Positions 12,642 through 22,600 of a stretch of 64,000 nucleotides of DNA are shown piece by piece (positions within the stretch are counted from its first letter, which is position 1; every line of letters starts with the position of its first letter). A model generated the notes under the pieces. The model searched no databases, was not told the origin of the DNA, and was given only the letters and a program-made list of their open reading frames with translations. The position numbers were made by a program, and so were the translations under genes. The stretch is from the NCBI GenBank assembly GCA_963842085.1, contig CAWJET010000001.1, positions 992,001 to 1,056,000 on the forward strand, given 5' to 3'. Source of the stretch: an uncultured delta proteobacterium (lineage in GTDB: Bacteria > Desulfobacterota > Binatia > Binatales > Binataceae).

Positions 12642-13922
12642 TCATTGGTTCTCCCGGTTCGGATTGTCCGACGGCGGCGCCGACGCGTTGTAGGCCTCGC
12701 CCGGCCCTGTCTGCGCGCCCGCAAACGTGATCGGGCTTATCGCCATAACTTCCGTCATCACCTGCCCCTCGTCCTGAACGAGCACTCGACCGAGCGGTTC
12801 GCCTGCCACGACCGAGCCGTCGATTGCCGGCGGGATGTCGTACACGAGCTTGACCGCCGAGGCATCGGCCTTCGGCACTACGACTTTGAGCGCGCTCGCC
12901 GCGACCGGTTGAATGAGCGGACCCTCATGGACCTGCACCTCGACCGGAAGCGGCTGGTTCGACCTCAACAGTGACACCGCGGTGTATCGGTCAAAGCCCC
13001 ACTCCAACACTTTCGCGGCCTGCGCAAAGCGCTGCGCATTGGACGGCGCGCCGAGGATCACTGCGATCAGCCGCATATCGCCGCGCTTGGCTGTGGCGGT
13101 GACATTGAACCCGGCCATGTACGTAAAGCCGGTCTTGAGCCCGTCGCATCCTTCGAAATGGCCGATCAGGTGATTGGTGTTGTTCAGCATGCAGACGCCG
13201 TTGTCGAAATCCATCTTCTCCTGGCTCGACCACATCAGCAGGTTGGTCTCGCGGATAAGTGCGCGGCCCACTGTGGCCAGGTCGTAGGCGTCGGTGCGGT
13301 CGGCGTCATGGGTCGGGCGCGGCGGCAGTCCATCGACGGTCTGGTACTCGGTGTGCGTCATCCCCAGTGCCTGCGCCCGCTCGTTCATCATGCGCACCGT
13401 GGCCTCGACCGAGCCGCCGATCTTTTCGGCGACTGCGACCGCGGCGTCGTTGGCCGATTTGACCAGCGCCGCCTTCATCAGCTCGCGCAGCGGATAGACG
13501 TCGCCTTCCTTAAGGCCGACGCGCGAGCCGCCGGTATGCGCGGAGCGTTCGGAAATTCTGACCGGATCGTTGCCGCTAAAACGACCGGAATTGATCTGCT
13601 CCTGCGCGACCAGCAGGAGCATCATCTTGGCCATCGAGGCCGGCGGCCACTCCATGTCGGCGTTGTAGGCCATCAGCACGCGGCCGCTGTCCGCGTCCTC
13701 GAGCAGCGCGCCCTTATAGAGCGGGGTGCCGGCCGCGCTCGCCGTACGCTTTGAATGTACCACCCGATGCCGGCGCGATTGCTTGGTTGCGCCGGCGGGC
13801 GACGCGGCGAACACGACCGCCACGCTCAAGAGCGCAGCCGAGCCGAACAACGCGGCCGATTTGAAGTTAGCGCTCGCCGGACGCCACCTCGACAAATTCC
13901 ACCGCTTCCTCAATTCCACCAC
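12642..13922 (-). CDS. D-alanyl-D-alanine carboxypeptidase (peptidase S11)
   Basis: SxxK (ASMAK), SxN (SAN) and KTG motifs; start approximate. Confidence 0.92.
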   Translation of the reverse strand: MVELRKRWNLSRWRPASANFKSAALFGSAALLSVAVVFAASPAGATKQSRRHRVVHSKRTASAAGTPLYKGALLEDADSGRVLMAYNADMEWPPASMAKMMLLLVAQEQINSGRFSGNDPVRISERSAHTGGSRVGLKEGDVYPLRELMKAALVKSANDAAVAVAEKIGGSVEATVRMMNERAQALGMTHTEYQTVDGLPPRPTHDADRTDAYDLATVGRALIRETNLLMWSSQEKMDFDNGVCMLNNTNHLIGHFEGCDGLKTGFTYMAGFNVTATAKRGDMRLIAVILGAPSNAQRFAQAAKVLEWGFDRYTAVSLLRSNQPLPVEVQVHEGPLIQPVAASALKVVVPKADASAVKLVYDIPPAIDGSVVAGEPLGRVLVQDEGQVMTEVMAISPITFAGAQTGPGEAYNASAPPSDNPNRENQ

Positions 13923-13959
13923 CTGCCTTTGTCGTGTTCCGTAATCCGATACGTCGCGG

Positions 13960-14667
13960 TTAAGGAATGCGAATGAAACCAGTCGGTTCGGCCGCACCCT
14001 TCGAGCCGCTGCGCTCGACCTGTTGCAGAATCGCGAGGTTGGTCCGCGCCGGCGTGTAATCGGGTATCTCACCTACCAGCTCGTTCCATTCCTGGCTCGC
14101 TCTGATGTAGTTGCCTTCCTCGGCGTAAATTGCGCCGAGCGTGTTGCGCGCATCCGGTTGACTCGGATCGATTTGCAATGACAGTAGCGCTTCCTGCTCG
14201 GCCTGGGCGAGCGCTCCGCGCCGCTCATAAGCCAGCGCGAGGTTGAAATGCGTCTCGGGCCGCTCCGGTCCGAGCAGCGCCGCCAGCCTCAGTACCTGGG
14301 TCGCGTCACGGGTCTGCCCGTTTTCGAGGTAGAGCAAGCCGAGATTCAGGAACAACTGCCAGTCGTCGAGGCCGAGCGCGATCGCCCTTTGATACTCGGC
14401 GAGTTCCTGACGATGCTGGCCGACCACGCCGTACGCAAACCCCAAATGGTAATGCGCGAGCGCGTTGGACGGATCCTCGTCGATCACGATGCGATGACGG
14501 CGGATGGCCTCGGGGTAATCTTCCATGCCCAGGAAATAATCTGCCAGCGGGTCGCAAACCTGCTCGTCGTTGGAACTGCTGTTCGCACTGGCGCGCGCAC
14601 TGATCGGCGACTGGAGTACCAGCACGATCAGAATGACAAGACAAATGCTCGAACGCCGACAGCTCAA
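13960..14667 (-). CDS. Exported TPR protein
   Basis: Signal-like N-terminus; repeated AHYHLG, FLNLG, HFNLA and RNTLG TPR helices; GGAGA RBS before TTG. Confidence 0.85.
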   Translation of the reverse strand: MSCRRSSICLVILIVLVLQSPISARASANSSSNDEQVCDPLADYFLGMEDYPEAIRRHRIVIDEDPSNALAHYHLGFAYGVVGQHRQELAEYQRAIALGLDDWQLFLNLGLLYLENGQTRDATQVLRLAALLGPERPETHFNLALAYERRGALAQAEQEALLSLQIDPSQPDARNTLGAIYAEEGNYIRASQEWNELVGEIPDYTPARTNLAILQQVERSGSKGAAEPTGFIRIP

Positions 14668-14719
14668 CGACTAATTATCTCCCACGGCCCCGCGTTGCCC
14701 GCAGGAAGAAATACGATGC

Positions 14720-14737
14720 TAGCAGGAATTCCTGCTA
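14720..14737. promoter_or_regulatory. Perfect 18-bp palindrome, candidate operator
   Basis: TAGCAGGAATTCCTGCTA about 55 bp upstream of the TPR gene. Confidence 0.45.
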
Positions 14738-14902
14738 CAAAAAAACGCGCAATGTGGGTCGACGCCGGGCGCAAGGAAAAAAGCGTCGCGCCAGCCGCGC
14801 GCGAAATTGTGCCCGGGGTCGCGCGGCCAAGGAAACGCCGAACGCGGGAAGCATGGCCAACTCTGCCCCCCGACCCTGAATTGGATCGATCTGCCTTAGG
14901 CA

Positions 14903-14940
14903 AATCGAAACAGGGCGACCGATTCGCGCGGTCGCCCTGT
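14903..14940 (-). terminator. Intrinsic terminator of the collagen-like gene
   Basis: 12-bp stem ACAGGGCGACCG/CGGTCGCCCTGT followed by TTCGATT on the minus strand. Confidence 0.65.
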
Positions 14941-14959
14941 CCAACCGTCCGTCAAACTA

Positions 14960-15286
14960 TTACGGATTCGCAGGCGCTCCGGTTGCTCCAGGTGCGCCCG
15001 GTGCGCCCGGCGCTCCTGGTGCTCCTGGTGCTCCCGGTGCGCCAGGGGCTCCGGGAGCTCCCGTCTCACCGGTGGCTCCGGTTTCGCCGGTCGCGCCGGT
15101 TTCACCGGTAGCTGCCTTCTTGTGATGGCGGTGATGATGATGATGGGTGGTCGCGGCCGGCGATGCCTCCGCAGCCGGGGCAGCCATGCTCGACTCAGCC
15201 GCTGGCGAGGCTTCCTGGGCGAAAGCCGGCATCGCCAACGCGGCAGCGAAGAAAGCTGCGGAAAGGACGGAAAGGGTGCGCTTCAT
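14960..15286 (-). CDS. Small secreted His-rich collagen-like protein
   Basis: Signal peptide (AFA/Q), HHHHHRHHKK, 15 Gly-X-Y triplets; AGGAGA RBS and tandem stop codons. Confidence 0.85.
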   Translation of the reverse strand: MKRTLSVLSAAFFAAALAMPAFAQEASPAAESSMAAPAAEASPAATTHHHHHRHHKKAATGETGATGETGATGETGAPGAPGAPGAPGAPGAPGAPGAPGATGAPANP

Positions 15287-15348
15287 ACTCGTGGATCTCC
15301 TTGATCTCGGCGGCCCTTAATGGACCGCAATGTGACTATTGAGGGTAT

Positions 15349-15364
15349 TGCTATACCTGTGCCA
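15349..15364 (-). promoter_or_regulatory. Sigma-54 (-24/-12) promoter candidate
   Basis: Minus strand TGGCACAGGTATAGCA, i.e. GG-N10-GC, about 60 bp upstream of the ATG at 15286. Confidence 0.6.
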
Positions 15365-15497
15365 TCGGGGTGTCGGCAAGAACTTGAGGGGATATCGCGA
15401 TAATTTCTTCGGGCAGGGGCGTCGCGATGACGCAATCGGTCTATCGCCTATCCGCTTTGCGTCGGGGCTTGGCCCCCGGTCCCCGAACGCTGCGCCC

Positions 15498-16223
15498 CTA
15501 CCTTGGGCCTTGGCGCTCGGCTTTTAGCTCGCGGTATAGCGCTATCAGCTCCTTAAACGCCCGTGCGACCACCTTGAGATTGGCGCCCGACTGCTCACCG
15601 GTCAGCCGCGGCAGATGCTGCACGTCCACCTCTTTTACCTTTGCGTTACGCCCTGCCAGCCGCGCCATCAGCTCGGTCGAGATCATCGCACCATGGGCGC
15701 GCAATTCCATCCCATCGAGCTTCTCGCGCTTGAAGAGTTTGAAGCCGCAATCGATATCGCTGATCGTGATGCCGAGCAAAGCACGCACGAGAAGCGTCCA
15801 TGCCTTGCCGTTGATCCTGCGGATCAGATGGTCGGCACGACGCACGCGGTGCCCGGCAACGACGTCGTACTCGGGAACAAACGGCGTCAACCGCTCGAGA
15901 TCTGAGGGATCGAACTGTCCGTCACCGTCGCATAGCAGCGCGTAGGGCTGGGTCGCGGCCCGAATGCCGGAAATCACCGCACCGCCGTAGCCGCGGTTGA
16001 CCGGATGACGGATGACCTTGACGTGCGGGTCCTCCGCGGCGAGGCGCTCGGCGATCTCGCCGGTGCGATCGCGGCTGCCGTCGTCAACCACGATTACCTC
16101 GAAGTCATCCGCGACGCGCGGGCATTCGGTCACCCATGAGCGCACGACGCGCTCGACGTTGCCTTCTTCGTTGTGCGACGGCAGGAAAACGCTGATTCCG
16201 GGGATTCGCGCCGGGCCACTCAC
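15498..16223 (-). CDS. Family 2 glycosyltransferase (DPM1-like)
   Basis: PSHNEE, VDDGSRD, NRGYG, DGDGQ and DIDCGFKLF motifs; GTG start at 16223. Confidence 0.92.
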   Translation of the reverse strand: MSGPARIPGISVFLPSHNEEGNVERVVRSWVTECPRVADDFEVIVVDDGSRDRTGEIAERLAAEDPHVKVIRHPVNRGYGGAVISGIRAATQPYALLCDGDGQFDPSDLERLTPFVPEYDVVAGHRVRRADHLIRRINGKAWTLLVRALLGITISDIDCGFKLFKREKLDGMELRAHGAMISTELMARLAGRNAKVKEVDVQHLPRLTGEQSGANLKVVARAFKELIALYRELKAERQGPR

Positions 16224-16236
16224 ATCGGCATGCGAT

Positions 16237-16716
16237 CTAGTCGCCGATCTCGCGGTAGCCGCCGCGGAAAAACAGCAGCGGTTTGCCTTCGTGGGGAGTC
16301 TCGGCCTGCTCAATCTCGCCGACGTAGATCGTATGGTCGCCGCCGTCGAGCGAGGCCGTGACCTTGCACTCGAGGTAGGCGAGCGCGCCGTCGAGGATGG
16401 GGGCGCCGTTCGCGCCGATTTTGTAACTCACGCCCTCGAACTTGTTGCCGCCGCTGACCGCGAATCGACGCGACAGCGCTTCCTGCTCCGAGGCCAGCAC
16501 GTTGACAGTGAAGATCCTGCTCTCCTCGAAACACGGATAGCTCTCGGCCTTCTTGTCCACGCAGACCAGCGCCAGCGGAGGGACCAGTGAGACCGACGTA
16601 AACGCGTTGGCGGTCAGGCCGTGCAGCTCGCCCGAGCGGCGCAGCGACGTGATCACCGTGACGCCGGTTGCGAAATGACCCATCACGCGCCGCAGTTCGT
16701 TCTTTTCGATTGGCAT
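16237..16716 (-). CDS. Flavin reductase family protein
   Basis: HFATGVTVIT, SVSLVPP and GGDHTIYVG motifs. Confidence 0.93.
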   Translation of the reverse strand: MPIEKNELRRVMGHFATGVTVITSLRRSGELHGLTANAFTSVSLVPPLALVCVDKKAESYPCFEESRIFTVNVLASEQEALSRRFAVSGGNKFEGVSYKIGANGAPILDGALAYLECKVTASLDGGDHTIYVGEIEQAETPHEGKPLLFFRGGYREIGD

Positions 16717-16769
16717 TCAGAGACTCTCCGCGCGCGGATGCTATCAGACGATTTTGCCGACCGTCAAAG

Positions 16770-16793
16770 GCAGGGGTGACCCCTGCACCCAGT
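16770..16793. repeat. Palindromic REP-like element (type 3)
   Basis: GCAGGGGTGACCCCTGCACCCAGT is the exact reverse complement of 55059-55082. Confidence 0.8.
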
Positions 16794-16878
16794 ATCAAGA
16801 AAAAAGCAATCGGCGGGTCCGCGGAAGCGGGACTTCGTCCCGGTTAGAAAGGCTTGAGCGGGCCAAGCGCGAGGCGCG

Positions 16879-17394
16879 TCAGTCCCATCCGGAGCGATCG
16901 CGCGCGACCATCTGCCTGCCACCCAGGTAAACGTAGTCGAGCTCGAGTGAGGTCAACGGCCGATCGTTCGCGCTCACGCGTACGCCGACCGGCGACGCGA
17001 CGAAAATCGTATGGTCGCCGGCGGCGCGGCTCTCGATCACGCGGGCTTCCAGGGCGATCATGGCGAGCTTCAGCCAGGGCACGGCGAGCGTCGGAGACAG
17101 CTCGAACTCGATGGCGTCGAGATTATTGTCGCGCCGTGCGCGCGATGAATAAAAGTAGTCCTCGAGCTGCCGGCCACGGCGTCCCACGACGTTCAGTCCG
17201 AACGCACCGGTTCTCAAGATCACGCCGCTGCTGAAGTGCGCGTTGTCGACCGCCGCCGTGAACAGCACCGGCTCGCCCGAGACCTGCGCGACCCACGACG
17301 ACGACATCCCGTGGCATCGCCCATTCTCATGGGTGGTCAAAACGTATATTCCGGTGGTGAGGGCGGCCATCGCGCGGGCGAGATTGTTGTCCAT
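16879..17394 (-). CDS. Flavin reductase family protein
   Basis: GIYVLTT, SWVAQVSGEP and AGDHTIFV motifs. Confidence 0.88.
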   Translation of the reverse strand: MDNNLARAMAALTTGIYVLTTHENGRCHGMSSSWVAQVSGEPVLFTAAVDNAHFSSGVILRTGAFGLNVVGRRGRQLEDYFYSSRARRDNNLDAIEFELSPTLAVPWLKLAMIALEARVIESRAAGDHTIFVASPVGVRVSANDRPLTSLELDYVYLGGRQMVARDRSGWD

Positions 17395-17522
17395 CGAATG
17401 AATGCTCCCGGGATTAAATCGCCGACAAAATCGCAGATTGACGCTACTTTAGAATTGACCTTCGCACCAAGCGTTCACAAAATAGATAATGTGACCGCGA
17501 TGCTGGAGCTTTGCTGGAGTTG

Positions 17523-18347
17523 ATGGGCCGGATTGCCGGATCGATCGCCGCCGCATTGATTGCTGCGACAATAGTAGTGATTGGTGCCGCCGAGCCCGCG
17601 CACGCCGCACCCGCCGCGGCGGTCGCGCAGGACAACACGCCGATCACCGCGGGCGACGCGGAGAAAGCAGGCTTGCAGCCGCCGGCTCCGCGCTACGATC
17701 CAAACCAGAAGTACGTCATTTCGGGCATACCGACGCCCGAGCCCGATTACACGGCCACTCCCACTTCCACCCCGACGCCGACCGCGACGCCGACTCCACT
17801 CGCGCAGGTGAAAATCGACGGCGTCCGCACCGATCTCGTGCCGACCGCGGGTCAAATTCTGTTCGACGAGACGCGCGACATTGCATTCATGGATCCGCTC
17901 AACTGGTCGGTGATGATCTTCAAAAAGCGACATAAGCTGATCGTCTATTACAAAGGCCGGCTGTTTAAGACCTACCACGCCGTGTTCGGGCGCAGCTTCG
18001 AGCCGGGCACGAAGCTGTGGGAGGGCGACCGGCGCACGCCCGAAGGTGTCTACACGATTGTCGGGAAGCATCCGAGCCGCCGCTGGGATTGGTTCCTCAC
18101 ACTGAACTATCCCAACGCGATTGACCGCCACCGTTACGAGGAACTGCGCGACGGCGGCGAGGTGCCGATCGAGGACGGCCATCCGATCGGCGTAGGCGGC
18201 CGAATCGGAATCCACGGCACCGACGAACCGAAACTGAACAGCGGCAATATAAACTGGACCACGGGGTGCATCTCAGTGGACGACGAAGCCGTCGAGGAGC
18301 TGACGCGGCTGCTGCCCAAGGGCACGGTCGTGATAATCAACCCGTGA
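17523..18347 (+). CDS. L,D-transpeptidase (YkuD family)
   Basis: GDRRTPEG, LNYPN and IGIHG..WTTGCI (catalytic His/Cys); signal peptide and PT-rich linker. Confidence 0.92.
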   Translation: MGRIAGSIAAALIAATIVVIGAAEPAHAAPAAAVAQDNTPITAGDAEKAGLQPPAPRYDPNQKYVISGIPTPEPDYTATPTSTPTPTATPTPLAQVKIDGVRTDLVPTAGQILFDETRDIAFMDPLNWSVMIFKKRHKLIVYYKGRLFKTYHAVFGRSFEPGTKLWEGDRRTPEGVYTIVGKHPSRRWDWFLTLNYPNAIDRHRYEELRDGGEVPIEDGHPIGVGGRIGIHGTDEPKLNSGNINWTTGCISVDDEAVEELTRLLPKGTVVIINP

Positions 18348-18413
18348 GACCTTAAGCGGCGGGCGAGGCCCCGAATTTCGGTTCGTTTATTTCTTTCGTC
18401 AGGAGAAGCGAAA

Positions 18414-19592
18414 TTGGACAAGACCGCTGGCGAATATCATTTCACGCGGCTCGAGACTGTAGTCTTCGCCGCCGGCAAGGCGGAAGCGCTCGGGCGCGAA
18501 TTGTCGCGGCGCGGGGCGAAGCGCGCGCTCATCGTAACCGGCAAGACGCTCGGCGGCTCCAAATTGCTGGACAAGGTGAAGAGTGCGGCCGGGCCCGCGT
18601 TGGCCGGAGTGTTCACCGGCGCGGCGCAGCACGTACCGTCGCACACGGTCACCGAGCTGGTGGCCGAGGCGCGCCGCGTCGGCGCCGATGCGATGGTGAG
18701 TTTCGGCGGCGGCAGCCCAATCGACACCGTTAAGAACGCCGCGTGGCAGTTGATGGGCGGGCGCGCGGGCTCGCGCACGATCGATTTCAGCTCGGCGGCG
18801 ACCGAGTCGGGCGCCGGACGCGAGATTCTGCATATCGCGATGCCGACCACGTTGTCGGCCGGCGAGTTCACGCCGGCGGGCGGCGTCACCGACGAATCGA
18901 CCAGGGTGAAAGGGGGAGTTGCCGACCCGCGCCTGCAGGCCAGGGTGGTCATCCTCGATCCGGCGCTGACGGTCGAGACGCCGGCGTGGCTGTGGGCCTC
19001 GACCGGGATGCGCGCGCTCGATCACGCGGTCGAAGGCTCATACTCGACGCGCCATCAGCTGGTTACCGACACGCTCGCGACGCGGGCGATCGCGCTGCTC
19101 AATGAGCATCTGCTGCCGTCGCTGCAAACGCATGGCGAAGAAGAACTCGAGCATCGCGTGCAATGCCAGCTCGCGGCGTGGCTCTCGATTTTCGGCATGT
19201 CGAACACGCGCGGTGGTATCTCGCACGCGCTGGGGCATCAGATCGGCCCGATGTGGAACGTGCCGCACGGCATCACGTCATGCATCACGCTGCCGCACGT
19301 GATGCGCTTCATGGCCGGCGTCGCCGCGGATCGCTTCGCACCGATCGCCGACGGATTCGGCGTGCGCTTCGACGCGCGCAGTCCGCGCTCATCGGCGCTT
19401 GAATGCGCCGATCGCACGGCCAGGTTCATCGGCAAGTTCGAAGTACCGGCGCGGCTTCGCGACGTCGGCGTGCCGCGCGAGGAAATTTCGCGAATCGCAG
19501 GCACGGTGCTCGAAGAAGTGAAGCGCGCGAACACGGTGGGCGCCGACGTCGCGCTGGAACAGTTAGTGGGGATACTAGAGGCGGCCTATTGA
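18414..19592 (+). CDS. Iron-containing alcohol dehydrogenase / maleylacetate reductase-like protein
   Basis: GGGSPID, PTTLSAGE, DHAVE, HALGH and PHG motifs. Confidence 0.9.
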   Translation: MDKTAGEYHFTRLETVVFAAGKAEALGRELSRRGAKRALIVTGKTLGGSKLLDKVKSAAGPALAGVFTGAAQHVPSHTVTELVAEARRVGADAMVSFGGGSPIDTVKNAAWQLMGGRAGSRTIDFSSAATESGAGREILHIAMPTTLSAGEFTPAGGVTDESTRVKGGVADPRLQARVVILDPALTVETPAWLWASTGMRALDHAVEGSYSTRHQLVTDTLATRAIALLNEHLLPSLQTHGEEELEHRVQCQLAAWLSIFGMSNTRGGISHALGHQIGPMWNVPHGITSCITLPHVMRFMAGVAADRFAPIADGFGVRFDARSPRSSALECADRTARFIGKFEVPARLRDVGVPREEISRIAGTVLEEVKRANTVGADVALEQLVGILEAAY

Positions 19593-19606
19593 GAAACCAA
19601 TTGTAA

Positions 19607-19627
19607 TGAAACGCACCGTGGGTTTCA
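19607..19627. repeat. Short imperfect palindrome repeated at 40853
   Basis: TGAAACGCACCGTGGGTTTCA versus TGAAACCCGCCGTGGGTTTCA (19/21 identical). Confidence 0.6.
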
Positions 19628-19666
19628 CACTTCCTTGGGCAGAAGTGAGCCCTGCACTCCATGCTG

Positions 19667-20005
19667 CTACGGACCGATGGGGCCGACGTCGTGAGAATAT
19701 GGGTTTAGCTGCAGCGTGCCCCATTGCGAGCCGGGCAGAGTTGGCAAGGGCGTTTCGGATGGCGCGTCGGGGCCGTCCACGGTAATTTCGCCCCCGCCGG
19801 GAATTGGAATCGTCACGATATCCGGATTGGTGGAGTCATCCAGCGGTGGCATCGGGAGATCGGTTGGCGACTGATAGCTGTTGGCACTGTTGCCGTACGA
19901 GGAATCGGGAATCGGCACCGTGCCATCTTGCGCGCTCGCGATGCCGCTTGCGAGCAGGAGCATCGCGGCAATTGCCAACGCGGCGCTGGCGTGTCGTAAT
20001 GACAT
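19667..20005 (-). CDS. Secreted Pro/Asp-rich hypothetical protein
   Basis: Signal peptide MSLRH...ASA/QD followed by a low-complexity mature region. Confidence 0.65.
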   Translation of the reverse strand: MSLRHASAALAIAAMLLLASGIASAQDGTVPIPDSSYGNSANSYQSPTDLPMPPLDDSTNPDIVTIPIPGGGEITVDGPDAPSETPLPTLPGSQWGTLQLNPYSHDVGPIGP

Positions 20006-20307
20006 CGCGATCGATTGTTGCACGCGTCGAGCCGGAATGCATCCGCGCAGCGCGCACGGATCAGACGGATCAAAGAGCAGGCGCGATGAAATAGCTTGGA
20101 GCAGCAAATCCGACGCGAAGTGAATTTTCGGCAGCCATATTGACTTTGAGCGTCCCGGCTGTAGCTTTCATATGTGTAGACTCGTCGGTTTTGGCTTGTG
20201 CCTCGTCGCGCGGCCGACGTTTTGAGTAGGGGGAGAGACGGGGCTGCGGACAATTGGGTCTGTTCGCCGGTTCCGAGAAAATCTGGTAATGAGGTCAAGG
20301 TGATCTG

Positions 20308-21027
20308 ATGCCTGCATGCGGGCAGTGCGGCAAAGATAACCCGGAGGGCACGGTATTCTGCGGTTACTGTGCGACTCCGCTGGCGAAGCCGGCAGGCGAG
20401 CCCAAATCGCCAAAGCCGTCGAGCGGCAATCCTGCCGCTTCGCCGCCACTGCGTGGGTCGTCGCCGCAGTCCAAGCCATTTAAGGCCGAACTTCGCACGC
20501 CGGTGATCCGCACGTCGTCGCCAACCCCAAGCGGCGACGGCAAGGGCAAGGGAGGATTCGAGTGGATCCCATGGAGCGAGCTTTCAGCGGGTCAGAGAGC
20601 CGGACGCGTGATCGCCGGGGCCGTGGTGTTGCTTTTGATTTTTTTCTTCGTCAGCGAAATGTTGCGGAACCTTGCGGGGATTGGAGTGAATGGGACGGCG
20701 CCGTCGGCACAGAGTTCGGACGTTCCGATTACGCCGGGCGATCGTAAAGACGGAATCGAATCGCTGTGCAAGGTATTTCAGATATATGGGTTGCCCAAGA
20801 ACGACCACGATGCGACCGAAGCGGCGCGCAACGCGTCTGAATTATTCAAGCTCGCCGGCAATCAGTCGCCGGAGCGCAGCTCGTACATCCTGACTACTAT
20901 TGCGGGAGAGTTCCGCAGCGGCAAGCTGGGTCAACCCGACTGCGCCGAAGCGGGCGCGCCACTCGCCACCACAGACCAAAGCAGCGACAGTTCGACGCCG
21001 GACGTCAACCGAGACAGCAACCAATAG
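20308..21027 (+). CDS. Zinc-ribbon membrane protein
   Basis: CGQCG..FCGYC, Pro-rich linker, one TM segment, external domain with two Cys. Confidence 0.78.
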   Translation: MPACGQCGKDNPEGTVFCGYCATPLAKPAGEPKSPKPSSGNPAASPPLRGSSPQSKPFKAELRTPVIRTSSPTPSGDGKGKGGFEWIPWSELSAGQRAGRVIAGAVVLLLIFFFVSEMLRNLAGIGVNGTAPSAQSSDVPITPGDRKDGIESLCKVFQIYGLPKNDHDATEAARNASELFKLAGNQSPERSSYILTTIAGEFRSGKLGQPDCAEAGAPLATTDQSSDSSTPDVNRDSNQ

Positions 21028-22476
21028 CTATCGCCGCGCCGAGCGGGCGCGGGAGGTTGTCCAGTAGTAAATCGGGACGCCGCTCAGCGCGATCAGCAGT
21101 CCGGGCCAGGTATAACCTGGCTTCACGATCAACAGATCGACCATCAGGGCCGAGGCCGCGATGACGTAAAGCGCGGGCACGACGGGATAGCCCCACGCGC
21201 GGTATGGACGCGGCGCGCCGGGGAGGCGGCGGCGCAGCACGAAGACGGCGGACACCGTCAGCACGTAGAACATCAGCTGCGCGAAGATCACGTAGTCGAG
21301 CAGTTCGGAATAAGTTCCCGACAAGGTGAGGATAGCGGCCCAGACTCCCTGCATTACGAGCGCCACGGCAGGCACGCTCGCGCGATTGAGGCGGGCACCG
21401 GCGGCGAAGAAGACCCGGTCCTGTGACATCGCGTAGATGACGCGCGCGCCCGTCAGGATCAGTCCGTTGGCACATCCGAATGTGGAGATCATCACCAGAA
21501 TTGCGGTTAACCGGGCGCCCGCGCCGCCCCATACGACTTCCATCGCGGCGGCCGCGACCCGATCGCTGGCAGCATGCGCGATTCCGCTCCCCACTACCGT
21601 TGCCGCGGCCGCATTTCCCGACGCCGGCAATTCGCAGAGATAGGCGACGTTGGTGAGGAGGTAGAGCCCGATCACCACGCCGGTTCCGAACGCAAGCGCC
21701 AAGGGAAGATCGCGTTTGGGATTGCGGACCTCGGCTGCGGTGAAGGTGACGCTGGCCCATGCGTCGGCCGAGAACAGGGCGCCGACCATCGCGGCGCCGA
21801 ACACGCCCGCTCCAGCTAGCGACATGGAAGGGCTGCCGACGAAGGCGGTCGAGCTGCCGAAGTTTGCGTGAATCGCGGCGGGATTAGGTGCGATCAGGCA
21901 TCCGACCACAACAATCAAACAGAGCGATAGAATTTTTGCGCTGGTGAAGGAATTCTGCAGCCACTTGCCCATGTCCAGCCCGCGCAGATTCGCCCCGGTG
22001 AGGACCGCGATCACCGCGATGGCGCCCACGCGCTCGCCCGACAGTCCGGCGCCGCCGATTCCTACCCAGAGATTCGAGCCGAGCACCGGCCACATGACGC
22101 CGGCGAACCGCGCAAACGCAACTGCGACCGCCGCGATCGTGCCGGTCTGAATGACGAGCAGGAGCGTCCAGCCGAACATGAACGCCCACATCCCGCCGTA
22201 AGCCTCGCGCAGATAGACGTATTGTCCGCCCGCAGCCGGCATCATCGCGGCGAGCTCGCCGTACGCCAGCGCGCCCGCGATAGTCATTACGCCGGCCACC
22301 AGCCAGACCATCAGCAGCGCGGCCGGTGTGCCGACCTGGCGGGTGATATCGGCGGAAACAATGAAGATGCCCGAGCCGATCATCGAGCCGGCGACCAGGG
22401 TCGCGGAATCGAAGAGCGAAAGACCGGGCTTCAGGTGCTGGGAAGGCGCAGAAGGTTCGGGGATGGTGGCGGCCAT
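21028..22476 (-). CDS. APC family amino acid permease
   Basis: GSMIGSGIF, AGGQYVYLREAYG and EVRNPKRDLP motifs; many TM segments. Confidence 0.93.
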   Translation of the reverse strand: MAATIPEPSAPSQHLKPGLSLFDSATLVAGSMIGSGIFIVSADITRQVGTPAALLMVWLVAGVMTIAGALAYGELAAMMPAAGGQYVYLREAYGGMWAFMFGWTLLLVIQTGTIAAVAVAFARFAGVMWPVLGSNLWVGIGGAGLSGERVGAIAVIAVLTGANLRGLDMGKWLQNSFTSAKILSLCLIVVVGCLIAPNPAAIHANFGSSTAFVGSPSMSLAGAGVFGAAMVGALFSADAWASVTFTAAEVRNPKRDLPLALAFGTGVVIGLYLLTNVAYLCELPASGNAAAATVVGSGIAHAASDRVAAAAMEVVWGGAGARLTAILVMISTFGCANGLILTGARVIYAMSQDRVFFAAGARLNRASVPAVALVMQGVWAAILTLSGTYSELLDYVIFAQLMFYVLTVSAVFVLRRRLPGAPRPYRAWGYPVVPALYVIAASALMVDLLIVKPGYTWPGLLIALSGVPIYYWTTSRARSARR

Positions 22477-22600
22477 TGCGAACGCATCGTAGCAGCAGGG
22501 GCCAATCGCTGCACCTCAATCAGGAGTAGAATTGCGGGCGTAGTCAGCGTTGCGGGATAATGGAATTGGCGATGAAACGCTTTGCAACCGGAGGCGACGG

